From: Terriglobia bacterium
GTDB taxonomy: Bacteria > Acidobacteriota > Terriglobia > JAJPHL01
Length of the DNA stretch: 64,000 nucleotides
Direction: 5' to 3'
NCBI GenBank assembly: GCA_021325275.1
Contig: JAJPHL010000031.1
Coordinates: 5,096-69,095, forward strand
The translations under genes were made by a program, and so were the position numbers. Below the pieces are notes generated by a model. It was not told the DNA's origin. It worked only from the letters and a program-made list of their open reading frames with translations, and did no database searches. This document shows, piece by piece, positions 9,701 to 17,649 of this stretch (positions are counted from its first letter, which is position 1; the number at the start of each line of letters is the position of its first letter).

Positions 9701-11816
9701 AGGTGACGCTGACAAAACTGCTGTTGCTGCTCGCCGTCCAGGGGCACCCGGTGCCGGCGGTGACGACAACAGATCCCGTTCCGCTTGGTGCGGAGAACGG
9801 ATGGCTTGTTGGCGCAATCGAGAATGCGCAGCCCGAGTTGGAAACTTGTAGGATGCCGGTCCCTTTGCCGCTCTGGCCATCCGGATTCGTAACCGTTACG
9901 TCTTGGGCTCCCAGAGTTGCGCTGGTGGTCGAAATGCTCAAGATGAGCGTGGTGGGATTGACGTATGTCAGGTTGTTAACCGTGACGCCGCCCGATATGT
10001 GAACGCTGAGACGGTTCGGAAACGCGGGACCAGGATCGTAAAAACCCGTCCCTGTAACAGTGATCTCGGCGGCGGCTTGTCCGGGAGCGACCGAAGGCGT
10101 CGACGATGACGGAACGGGCGGCGGAGCCAAGACTTTCGCAACCTGCAAGCCATAAGCATTAGTTCGGCTGCCATACTGCTGGATCGTCCACATGGTCATG
10201 TCGTCGGAAGGATCCAAACTGGTGGACGACGATACGCCCCACAAACGGGCGCCGAACGAGGACCCGGTATCTCCCGGCGGGTTGTACGCGGTGTTGCTGG
10301 ATGTGTAGAAACTCGGAGCGTCCATTTGGCCGGAGGGATCATTGGAACGCCGCGCCGTGAAGACCGCATCGATGTAATGAGATAGTCCGGCCGTACTCGA
10401 AGCGAGAACGACATTCCCTTGTCCGGATACGACCAGCGATGGAACCCAATAATTCCGAGGTGACGTGGACGTTGGATCAAAAACGGTGCCCGCCTGCACT
10501 AAGGAAAAAGGCTCCGCGGATGACGCCGGAGCGCCTAGTTGATACCAGCGCAGCCCATTGCGGTCGGGCCGCGTGTTGTTGGATGTTCCGGTGAAATCGA
10601 CACCGATCGCGTGAGCCGTCCACAGGTAGCCGTTGCGGATATGGGCCATGGTCAAACGGTCGTCGATGCCGTCCAGTTCTCCAGTCGTTCCGTTAGCGTT
10701 GCCCAAATGAGGCACGGCGACAGGAAAATCGGTTGCGGGCACCGTCAAGGAACTTGGCGTGACGAACGATCCGTTGCTGTTAAAAACCACGGCGTCCGCT
10801 ACGAGCCCGCCGAAGAATTGGGAACTCACGCCAATAAAGTAACCGAGGGTGGCGTTCGGATCGTCGTTGTCGACACCTTGTGGCGTGACCGGTCCGGTCT
10901 GCTGGTAAGTTGTGTTTACGACGATGAGTCCGCCGCTGACGACGGAGTTCCGGTATACGACAAAAAGGCCCGCGCCGCTGTATTCATACTGGGAGCCAGA
11001 CACGCAAAATTGATCAGCGCCGATATAGAGCGCGTTCACGTCGACTCCCAGGGAGGGATTGTCCACGAAACAACTGGCCGCCGACGGCACGTTCGTGCTG
11101 ACATCGTAATAATAAAACGCCCACGTGGTCGCACTGGTGATGCTGGCGCCGTTGCTCACGGCGATGAGAAGGCGATTGGGCACGCCCGTATTAATTGCTG
11201 TGACAAACCAATCGCCGGAGAAGCGGTCGTAGCGTAAATGCGGTTCGACGGCGGTGAATCCGTTGCTGACCGAAGCGAAGAACGAATCCAAGGCCACGTG
11301 GATTTGGCCGTCCGGCTGACCCGTGCCTTTGTCGAACGACTCAATGACGGAGTTGTTGGCCATTAAGAACTGCGTAGGGCCGATTGCACCCGCGGGCTCC
11401 GGTGGAAAAGGTCCTTCGCTGGGGTCGGAATCAAATGTGTCAAAACTCAGCCCGACCGTCTGCGGCGAAGCCGGCACGCCGCGCTCCCTATTCTCCAGCG
11501 GAACCGCCATTGGGTTACGGGAAGTCCGGCTTACATCGTGAGGCGAATCTGGATTCTGGGACAAATGCCGCCGATCCGGCAAGTGATGAACGGGAAGACG
11601 CGCTTTTCGAAATGTGCCCGGATGCGTGCGCTCGACAGCGCGCCTTTCCGCATCTCGCGCCATGATTTGCGCAGTTGTCTCGACGACGGCGGGCGGGCCT
11701 GTCCACTGCGTCGCGATTTTGTGATCTGATAGCGCCGCCTGATAGGCAGGTGTCAGAACGGCGGACACTACCAAAAGTCCGGCTGCCGCATTAAGCTGGC
11801 GTTTCAACGGGCACAT
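6744..11816 (-). CDS. Large secreted multidomain protein (N-terminal propeller-like domain, BACON, Ig-like, FG-GAP/VCBS repeats, DUF11-like, cohesin-like + dockerin-like C-terminus)
   Basis: Signal-like N-terminus; CPWTASSNSSF..SGSGNGTVNYSV BACON; repeated GDFNGDGKPDL; paired GDG.LNTLDLI.LL; start could lie up to 11903. Confidence 0.85.
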   Translation of the reverse strand: MCPLKRQLNAAAGLLVVSAVLTPAYQAALSDHKIATQWTGPPAVVETTAQIMARDAERRAVERTHPGTFRKARLPVHHLPDRRHLSQNPDSPHDVSRTSRNPMAVPLENRERGVPASPQTVGLSFDTFDSDPSEGPFPPEPAGAIGPTQFLMANNSVIESFDKGTGQPDGQIHVALDSFFASVSNGFTAVEPHLRYDRFSGDWFVTAINTGVPNRLLIAVSNGASITSATTWAFYYYDVSTNVPSAASCFVDNPSLGVDVNALYIGADQFCVSGSQYEYSGAGLFVVYRNSVVSGGLIVVNTTYQQTGPVTPQGVDNDDPNATLGYFIGVSSQFFGGLVADAVVFNSNGSFVTPSSLTVPATDFPVAVPHLGNANGTTGELDGIDDRLTMAHIRNGYLWTAHAIGVDFTGTSNNTRPDRNGLRWYQLGAPASSAEPFSLVQAGTVFDPTSTSPRNYWVPSLVVSGQGNVVLASSTAGLSHYIDAVFTARRSNDPSGQMDAPSFYTSSNTAYNPPGDTGSSFGARLWGVSSSTSLDPSDDMTMWTIQQYGSRTNAYGLQVAKVLAPPPVPSSSTPSVAPGQAAAEITVTGTGFYDPGPAFPNRLSVHISGGVTVNNLTYVNPTTLILSISTTSATLGAQDVTVTNPDGQSGKGTGILQVSNSGCAFSIAPTSHPFSAPSGTGSVVVTAGTGCPWTASSNSSFVSVTSGASGSGNGTVNYSVAANPTSIARTGTLAIAGSVFTVNQAGLIATSVSLNASANPIGFGQPLTLTATVSPSTATGTITFAAGAQTLGTVTLSGGQATLTPVLPISVVSLQANYSGDVNDAASSSAALSLTVAAPLNWPSPPTSLLTGSPGAVGDFNGDGKADLAMVQNNVQGVSSLSLLLGNGDGTFVTKNGPVIGGAPAQMLAVDLNKDGKVDLAINNQSPDLIAGELGSVTVLLGNGDGTFGAAANYQTIRNLNCIAAGDFTGDGNVDLVVGGFNDAAFLPGRGDGTFPSATILGVLGDTYSFAVADFKLNDKLDLAVGVLGDYENGNGLVPGPNYYSMWFNTGNTTILNQLFTGFQQLSPGGYTVTGDFNGDGKPDLAISNSTGVSVLLGKGDGTFQPGVFYATGTGTAFSTRMAVADFNGDGKPDLAVLNDNANTVSILPGNGDGTFQSPITYGVAGLAAQFGLFNLLLGDFNGDGRPDLVVTNSNSTNFAILLSTSPRLAVASSHTGNFQQGQAGQSYSINVANSGTASSVGTVTVTDTLPSGLIATAIAGSGWTCTLGPLACFRSDALAPTNSYPAIMVTVSVADNAPASVTNAVTVSSGGKLNSSTDITTINATSLVYASPASAMPGNTAQIPLTLALPVGLSLDSLSFTLSLTPVSGAAALSGTLAFVPRVSQPAPVSSNAGAAMITLTYAGLNPAFSGTVQLGTVTVTVPAGALLGQLYTTHVSVASASLSGNTVTVIAGLDTNLVVGVPYLVGDVFPATTDGDGHFGDGTLNTLDLIALLRAVTQLSGFVPATCSDRYDAMDAFPVDSASARGGDGVLNTLDLITLLKRVTNLDPLRPTRVPRGLACTSAAPQSRGAPMPGQPEASLELVGDDGGTAVYLSSRDQLSLSGFAFSLTGRTGSPLRLTPGNHPASLIDTGTGNSAAMAWLDGVVIGSGQRILLTRVEGTSPADLRFTGASANELESGRDVAINLRNR

Positions 11817-12026
11817 CTGATCGCGGCAGTTTATCACAGGAGAGTTTTGCGGAACTCGCATCGGGAACCATCCGGCTGCCTGGTTTCGCGGACCGCTTTC
11901 CATGCCGCAACAAACTCACGACAGGACTCAAATCGGGAGCAAGAAAATAGTTCCAGTACCGACGATCCAAACCACTTAGCGCGGCGACGTGCTAGACTTT
12001 CCATTTGCTGTTTTGAATCGAGCGTC

Positions 12027-14492
12027 ATGCCGTTAGCTTCCCAGCGTTCCGCGCCTTCCCTTCGCAGCCTTTTGCCGCTGGCGCGATACGCGCCAGATTT
12101 AAAACTGCAAACGCTGGCTCTGGGCGTCGATAATCTGCGCATCGATGTGCGGATGAGTCCGCGGCTGGTCACGGCTCTCTCGCGATATCAGTTCGGACTC
12201 TTCATCAAGTACAGTAACGCACGCCGTTTCCTCGACGGTTTGCCAGACGTGCCAACCGCCGCCGATCGGAATCAACTGAAGCAACTGATTTCCGAAGTGC
12301 TGCTCGGCGCGCTGAATCAAGCGCGCGCGCGAAAGCTGCCGGAACTCGATTTGCTCGCGAATCTTGCGGTGCTGAAGTATGTGGCGTATGAAGCGCGTCA
12401 GAATTACGACTTCATTTTGCTGCAAGGCAAGAATAAAGCGCGGCAATTTGAGGGTCCGCGCCACACCACCAGCCCCCGGGCGGCGGAATTTCAGCAGACC
12501 ATCAACGATTTTCAGACGGCGCGCAAGCAGACCCTACGCCTGGTCACGCAAGACGTCCAGCGCATCGTGAATGAAGTGCAGGCCGACAGCGTGCGCAAGA
12601 CGCGGCAATCGCTCTCCGGCATCGAAGCGGCGAATTTGTTTCCGTATTTCTCCAATCCCCTGCTCTACGCCGAAAACGGCCGCGACGATTACACGCACTT
12701 GGAAAAATACGTGATGATCGGGAACTACTCGAACGATCCCGACCGTTTCGATTTTGTCGACGAATGGCTGCGCTCGTTTCTGCGCGACGTGGATCAAGAA
12801 GGTCCCGAGGCCAAGGAATTGGCGGCGGCGGTGGCGCGCGAAGAAGCGCTCGGCACGCGCATGGAGGAATTCCGTAAGACGTATATCCCCACCGGCAAAT
12901 CGCGCGGCGTGCTCGGCAAGTGGTTCAGCACGAGCTCCGATCCACCGGTGGTCCCGATGCCGGCGGAGAAATTAGCCAAAGAAGTGGCGACGCAAGCGCG
13001 GCAATTGATCGACGCCAATGCGCAGGTGCAGCAACTCGCAGCGCATTACGAACAAGTGATCGCCGAGTGGATGAGCGTGCCGGAAAACGCCGAGGACCTT
13101 CTGGAAATCGCGCGGAACGAGCGCCAATTGGAAGACGCGCGCCGCCGGTCGGATCACGGCAAAGTCGCGCAGTTGGAGCAACGCATCGAGGCGCAGAAAT
13201 TCCTGGTGGACGAGCTGTACCTGCGCACGGAACGGGCCGGCTTGCTGCCGTTTCTCTTCGCGACGTATGAAGTCGCGCGCATCTATGCGGATTTTTGTCC
13301 GCCGATCAATCCGCAAATCCTCAAGCAGGCGCTGTTAAAACCGGACGAGCGCGAAAAGGTCAACACCATGATCCGGCACTATCGCATGCCGGACAGCCGC
13401 ATCAACGTGCTGAAAGACGCGGCGGAACGCGTGCGCGCGGCTTCCCCGCTCGATCTACGGAAGGCGATGGTGCGTTTCGCCGGCGACTACTTCCGGCATC
13501 ACCGCGACGCAAGGAATCAGGCGGCCGTGCAAGCGCTCTTCGACCGCTTGCACATGCCGATGGAAGATCGCGCCGAGGAGTTGTCGCGCATCAACGGCAC
13601 GCTCTACGAGTTCCTGATCTCGAGCGAAGAGCAATCGGTGGAGCGCCGCGTCACGGGTCACGTGATTTTGAAGGCCGATATCCGCGACTCCACGCGCCTG
13701 ACCACCGAATTGCTGGCGCGCGGCATGAATCCCGCCAGTTATTTCAGCCTGAACTTTTACGATCCGCTGAACAAACTCCTGCCGCGTTACGGCGCGGAAA
13801 AAGTATTTATCGAAGGCGACGCGGTGATTCTGGCGTTGTTCGAGCGCGAAGGCGGGCGCAGTCACACCGTGGGCCTGGCGTGCGGATTGGCGCGCGAAAT
13901 GGTGGAAATCGTGAAACTGTACAACGCCAAGAGCGAAGCGGGCGGCTTGCCGAAGCTCGAAATCGGCATTGGCATTACTTTCCGCGACACCGCGCCGCTC
14001 TATTTGCTCGACGGCGAGAATCGCATCATGATTTCCGACGCGCTGAATCTCTCGGATCGGCTCTCGGGATGCCACAAGCTGGCGCGGAAATCGCTGCCGG
14101 TGAATAAGAGCGCGTTCAACGTTTTCATTTTCCAAACCATCAGCGAGGAAACGGCGGCCGGCGCGATGGATGAATTCCTGGTGCGCTACAACGTGCAAGG
14201 CATTTGCTTGAGTGAAGACGCGTTCGAGAAACTGCGCACCGAGATTCGCTTTTCCACCGTCGAAACGGACTTGCCCGCCTTGTGGGGCACCGAGCGCGTC
14301 ACGCTGCACTCGGGCGCGGTGCCGCTGTCGACGGAAGTGTATCAGCGCCTGGTGGTCCGCGAAGCGCTGGTCAGTTGGGTGGACCCGCACACCTTTGCGC
14401 TGAAGGAATGCACGTCGCGCCGGTACTTTGAATTGTGCACGAACAAAGTGGTGTACGACGAGACGGACAAGCTCGTCTCGGGCGGAGCATGA
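12027..14492 (+). CDS. Large soluble protein with C-terminal class III nucleotidyl cyclase-like domain
   Basis: ILKADIRDST, FIEGDAVIL, IGIGI, SDALNLSDRLSG motifs; ~550-aa helical N-terminal region without TMs. Confidence 0.75.
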   Translation: MPLASQRSAPSLRSLLPLARYAPDLKLQTLALGVDNLRIDVRMSPRLVTALSRYQFGLFIKYSNARRFLDGLPDVPTAADRNQLKQLISEVLLGALNQARARKLPELDLLANLAVLKYVAYEARQNYDFILLQGKNKARQFEGPRHTTSPRAAEFQQTINDFQTARKQTLRLVTQDVQRIVNEVQADSVRKTRQSLSGIEAANLFPYFSNPLLYAENGRDDYTHLEKYVMIGNYSNDPDRFDFVDEWLRSFLRDVDQEGPEAKELAAAVAREEALGTRMEEFRKTYIPTGKSRGVLGKWFSTSSDPPVVPMPAEKLAKEVATQARQLIDANAQVQQLAAHYEQVIAEWMSVPENAEDLLEIARNERQLEDARRRSDHGKVAQLEQRIEAQKFLVDELYLRTERAGLLPFLFATYEVARIYADFCPPINPQILKQALLKPDEREKVNTMIRHYRMPDSRINVLKDAAERVRAASPLDLRKAMVRFAGDYFRHHRDARNQAAVQALFDRLHMPMEDRAEELSRINGTLYEFLISSEEQSVERRVTGHVILKADIRDSTRLTTELLARGMNPASYFSLNFYDPLNKLLPRYGAEKVFIEGDAVILALFEREGGRSHTVGLACGLAREMVEIVKLYNAKSEAGGLPKLEIGIGITFRDTAPLYLLDGENRIMISDALNLSDRLSGCHKLARKSLPVNKSAFNVFIFQTISEETAAGAMDEFLVRYNVQGICLSEDAFEKLRTEIRFSTVETDLPALWGTERVTLHSGAVPLSTEVYQRLVVREALVSWVDPHTFALKECTSRRYFELCTNKVVYDETDKLVSGGA

Positions 14493-14504
14493 TCGGTAGG
14501 GTCT

Positions 14505-14712
14505 TTTCAACGCAGAGACGCAGAGGGCGCAGAGAAAACCTGATTGACTCATCTGATGAAGATCAATGAGATAACCAATGCGATTGTCGGGGCCGGAATT
14601 GAAGTGCATAGAGCACAACGTCCCGATTCTCACGGAAGGCGGCATTCGCAGAAAAGTTCTCGGCCTGAACGAATAAGGTTTTCTCTGCGCCCTCTGCGTC
14701 TCTGCGTTGAAA
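14505..14712. mobile_element. Miniature element bounded by 37-bp perfect inverted repeats
   Basis: TTTCAACGCAGAGACGCAGAGGGCGCAGAGAAAACCT at 14505-14541 and its reverse complement at 14676-14712. Confidence 0.65.
14556..14676 (+). pseudogene. Internally deleted GxxExxY-family gene remnant
   Basis: MKINEITNAIVGAGIEVHRA (14556-14615) joined out of frame to NVPILTEGGIRRKVLGLNE* (14617-14676), matching typical GxxExxY N- and C-termini. Confidence 0.7.
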
Positions 14713-14774
14713 GAGCCGTTAGCCAAGAGGCTTCACACGGGGAACGCGCTCCCACCCAGGTATAATCGACTACC

Positions 14775-14874
14775 GGAGGGCGATTGGGTCTGGTGACTTG
14801 CCCGGCCTTCAAAGCCGGCGGCTGCTACGCGAAGGCATGGCAGCGGTGAGTTCGATTCTCACCGCCTTCCGCCA
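14775..14874 (+). tRNA. selC: tRNA-Sec (anticodon TCA)
   Basis: 8-bp acceptor GGAGGGCG/CGCCTTCC, discriminator G, encoded CCA; anticodon loop CTTCAAA (TCA 14809-14811); long variable arm; TTCGATT T-loop; TATAAT at 14761-14766. Confidence 0.95.
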
Positions 14875-14886
14875 AGACGAGATTCC

Positions 14887-15042
14887 GTGAAAAAGCGCAA
14901 GAAAAAACGCTTCCGCGCGGTGAAAGAAGTAAAGGCCATCGCGCGCGAACGCATCGGCGCGCCACCGTCGGAAAAAATCATCCTCGATCCACGGCTCAAG
15001 CCGGAAAAACATCCCAAGCGGGTGATGGCGGACGAAGAATAA
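14887..15042 (+). CDS. Small basic hypothetical protein (51 aa)
   Basis: GTG-MKKRKKKRFRAVKEVKAIARERIGAPPSEKIILDPRLKPEKHPKRVMADEE; too short for the ORF track; fills the gap after selC. Confidence 0.6.
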   Translation: MKKRKKKRFRAVKEVKAIARERIGAPPSEKIILDPRLKPEKHPKRVMADEE

Positions 15043-15046
15043 ACCT

Positions 15047-15781
15047 CTACTTCAACGTCTCGGCGAGCTTCTGGAAAGCGCGTTCGGCCTGCGGCTGGTC
15101 GAACACAGGACTATCGGGCACGGTCCAACTGTGCAGCGCGCCGGTGTACGTTTCGCTCTCATAGCGCCCGCCCCACGCCGCGAGCGCCGCTTCGAATTTC
15201 GCGATCGCTCCCGCCGGCATGCTCTTGTCCTGATCCGCGTGACCGAAGTACAGGCGGGCTTTCACGCGCGGAAGCACCAAGTGCGGACTCGCCGGCGAAT
15301 CCGTGCACAATCCGCCGCCGTGGAACGACGCCGCGGCGCAAACCGCGTCGGGACGCGCCGCCGCCGCGCGCAACGCCATCGCGCCGGTCAAGCAATATCC
15401 CACCACGCGCACCGGCCCCGCCTCGACACTCGCGTGCGACGCCAGAAAATCGACGTACGCCGCGCCGTCGCGATCCATCGCCGCCGCGTCGAGCGGCGCC
15501 ATCAGTTCCTTCATGCGTTTCAAGGAACGCTCGTCCATCTGTCCGGGCTTGCGTGGAAAATCGAAAACCGGCAAACGGCTGGTTCGATAGAAAACGTTCG
15601 GCAGCAGCACGGTGTATCCCAACGCCGCGACCCTTGCCGCCATCTGGCGATTCGCTTCGCGGACTCCTCCAATGTCGGTGAAATGAATCACGCCGGGCAA
15701 GCGCGCGGAATCTTCGGGACGGAACAGCACCGCTTCCGTCACGCCGTCGGCGGCGCGGATTTCGAGTGTTTGTTCGACCAT
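15047..15781 (-). CDS. Dienelactone hydrolase family protein
   Basis: DIGG.R, GYCLTG nucleophile, SFHGG, HADQD, GALHSW. Confidence 0.9.
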   Translation of the reverse strand: MVEQTLEIRAADGVTEAVLFRPEDSARLPGVIHFTDIGGVREANRQMAARVAALGYTVLLPNVFYRTSRLPVFDFPRKPGQMDERSLKRMKELMAPLDAAAMDRDGAAYVDFLASHASVEAGPVRVVGYCLTGAMALRAAAARPDAVCAAASFHGGGLCTDSPASPHLVLPRVKARLYFGHADQDKSMPAGAIAKFEAALAAWGGRYESETYTGALHSWTVPDSPVFDQPQAERAFQKLAETLK

Positions 15782-15785
15782 GTTT

Positions 15786-15819
15786 GGCGTCCCCGAACCG
15801 GGGACTAGTTTTTCGCGCC
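15786..15819 (-). promoter_or_regulatory. Putative bacterial SECIS element
   Basis: On the minus strand right after UGA: GGCG..GTCCCC-GGTTC-GGGGAC-GCC hairpin with G/U in the apical loop, no U-tract. Confidence 0.7.
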
Positions 15820-16305
15820 TCAACCAGCCTTCACCTTCGGCACGTCCTCGCCGGCGTGAAAGAGTGAGAAGCCCTTCTTGCCGGTTAGCGTTTCGAGCTT
15901 GGCCATCATCCTCAGCAAATCTTCGCGCGCGAAGCCCACGCAACTCTCCAGGATCTCGCCGTTCTGTGCGATCAGGAAAATCGACGGCACGTGGGTCAAT
16001 CCGTAGGCGTTCGAGGTGGGGTAGTCGTCGGTGTCTTCGAGCAGCAGCGGAAAGTGCACACCGAAGTGTTTCGCGAAATCGCGCGTCGAGCGCTCATCGT
16101 CTTGCGACACGCCCCAGACGCAGCCGAAATGCTTGGCGGCGCGATCGAGAAACGGCAGCGTGAACTGGCAAGTGGGACAACTCACCTTGAAGAAGGCCAC
16201 CAGTTGCGGCCCCGCCGAAAGCGCGTCGCGCAGGGAGTACGTTTTTCCGTCGATGGCGGGCCAAGTGAATTCCGGAGCGTGAGTACCAGTTTCAATGGCA
16301 GGCAT
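15805..16305 (-). CDS. AhpC/TSA-TlpA-like redoxin, probable selenoprotein (C-terminal KAG-U-GAKN)
   Basis: Thioredoxin fold APEF..FFKVSCPTC..VSQD..VPSIFLI; in-frame TGA at 15822-15820 followed by GGC GCG AAA AAC TAG and a SECIS-like hairpin. Confidence 0.8.
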
Positions 16306-16651
16306 ACATTCAGATTATCACTGCTGCGCGCCGCGGCGCAGCCCGCTGCGTCCGCCCGAAAATCATCGTCTGGCCGAAAGAACCATCCATCAGTCGAAAG
16401 AACACGCGGCGAGCCGAAAGAATTGACCGAAAGGCCAGCGCATCGCGGCATGAACAATGGAAGCGCCGGGGCTGAGGCGCGCGAACAATCTCCCGCGCTG
16501 AGAGTGCTACAACGGGCGCGAGCTCCATCTTTTGAAGATCGGAAACAATCAACCAGCCAAACTAAAGGGTTTTCACTGAGGCAATCTCGAGACGAATTTC
16601 GCGGGAAAGTTCCCAAATTGGACCGCTTTAGTGATTCTCTTCTCATTTGCT

Positions 16652-16667
16652 TGTGACTCCTGTCACA
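16652..16667. promoter_or_regulatory. CRP/FNR-family binding site TGTGA-N6-TCACA
   Basis: TGTGACTCCTGTCACA, a perfect CRP consensus core ~50 bp upstream of the decaheme gene. Confidence 0.65.
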
Positions 16668-16716
16668 GACGATGTGACGATATATGGAAATAATGACGAA
16701 CCAGGAGGACGAGATC

Positions 16717-17649
16717 ATGTCGCAAGGCGTGGCGAAAGGTTGCTTGTTGGCGTTGTTGGCGGCGACCGTTTTCGCGGCCGCGCCGGCAGCACAGAAACAG
16801 GCGGCTCCCGCTGCATCGCAGGCCAAACCGGCGCCCGCGAGTGAATACGTCGGATCGGATACGTGCAAGACGTGTCACGAAGGGCCCGCCAAGAGTTTCG
16901 AGCATGGGCCGCATTGGAAGACCGAGCTGAGCAAACACCAGGGACCCGAGTGGCAAGGCTGCGAAGCGTGCCATGGACCCGGCAAAGCGCACGCCGAATC
17001 GGCCGATGCCGCCAAGATCATTCGCTTCCCCAAATTGAAGCGCGAGGAATCGTCGAAGCGCTGCTTGCAATGTCACGAATTCGGCGAAGAGCACGCCAAT
17101 TTTCTGCGCTCGCAGCATCTCAAGAATAACGTCGGCTGCATCGACTGCCATTCCATCCACAGCGCCAAGGTGGAAAGCCATTTGATGAAAGCCTCGCAGC
17201 CGCAACTTTGTTACGGTTGCCATCAGGAAGTGAAGCCGGACTTTTCCAAGCCCTTCCACCATCGCGTGAATGAAGGATTGGTGAAATGCTCCGATTGCCA
17301 CAATCCGCACGGCGGATTCCTGACGCATCAGTTGCGCGCCACGGCCGCGCAGGATCAAGTTTGTTTCACTTGTCACACCGACAAGGCCGGTCCTTTCGCA
17401 TGGGAACACGGCCCGGTGAAGACGGAAGGTTGCGTGGCGTGTCACATGCCGCATGGTTCGTCGAATCCGCGTTTGTTGAAACGCAGCAACGTGAATTTGC
17501 TCTGTCTCGAATGTCACACGTTCACGGTGGATTCGGCGGCTCCGGCCGCGCCTTCGTTCCACAATCAAGCGCAAAAGTATCAAGCATGCACGCTGTGTCA
17601 CACCGCGACTCATGGGTCGAACACCGATGAATTCTTCTTCAAACCGTAA
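16717..17649 (+). CDS. Decaheme c-type cytochrome, DmsE/MtrA/MtoA/PioA family
   Basis: Signal peptide; ten CxxCH motifs (CKTCH, CEACH, CLQCH, CIDCH, CYGCH, CSDCH, CFTCH, CVACH, CLECH, CTLCH); GPFAWEH..PHGS; RBS AGGAGG. Confidence 0.93.
   Translation: MSQGVAKGCLLALLAATVFAAAPAAQKQAAPAASQAKPAPASEYVGSDTCKTCHEGPAKSFEHGPHWKTELSKHQGPEWQGCEACHGPGKAHAESADAAKIIRFPKLKREESSKRCLQCHEFGEEHANFLRSQHLKNNVGCIDCHSIHSAKVESHLMKASQPQLCYGCHQEVKPDFSKPFHHRVNEGLVKCSDCHNPHGGFLTHQLRATAAQDQVCFTCHTDKAGPFAWEHGPVKTEGCVACHMPHGSSNPRLLKRSNVNLLCLECHTFTVDSAAPAAPSFHNQAQKYQACTLCHTATHGSNTDEFFFKP

Noticed and set aside
12027-14492. Pycsar/CBASS-type anti-phage system
   Set aside because: No adjacent TIR, TM or cNMP-binding effector gene; the cyclase-like gene appears monocistronic.
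15789-15805. Hairpin as a Rho-independent terminator
   Set aside because: No U-tract, and the next gene starts within ~8 nt; its position after UGA fits a SECIS better.
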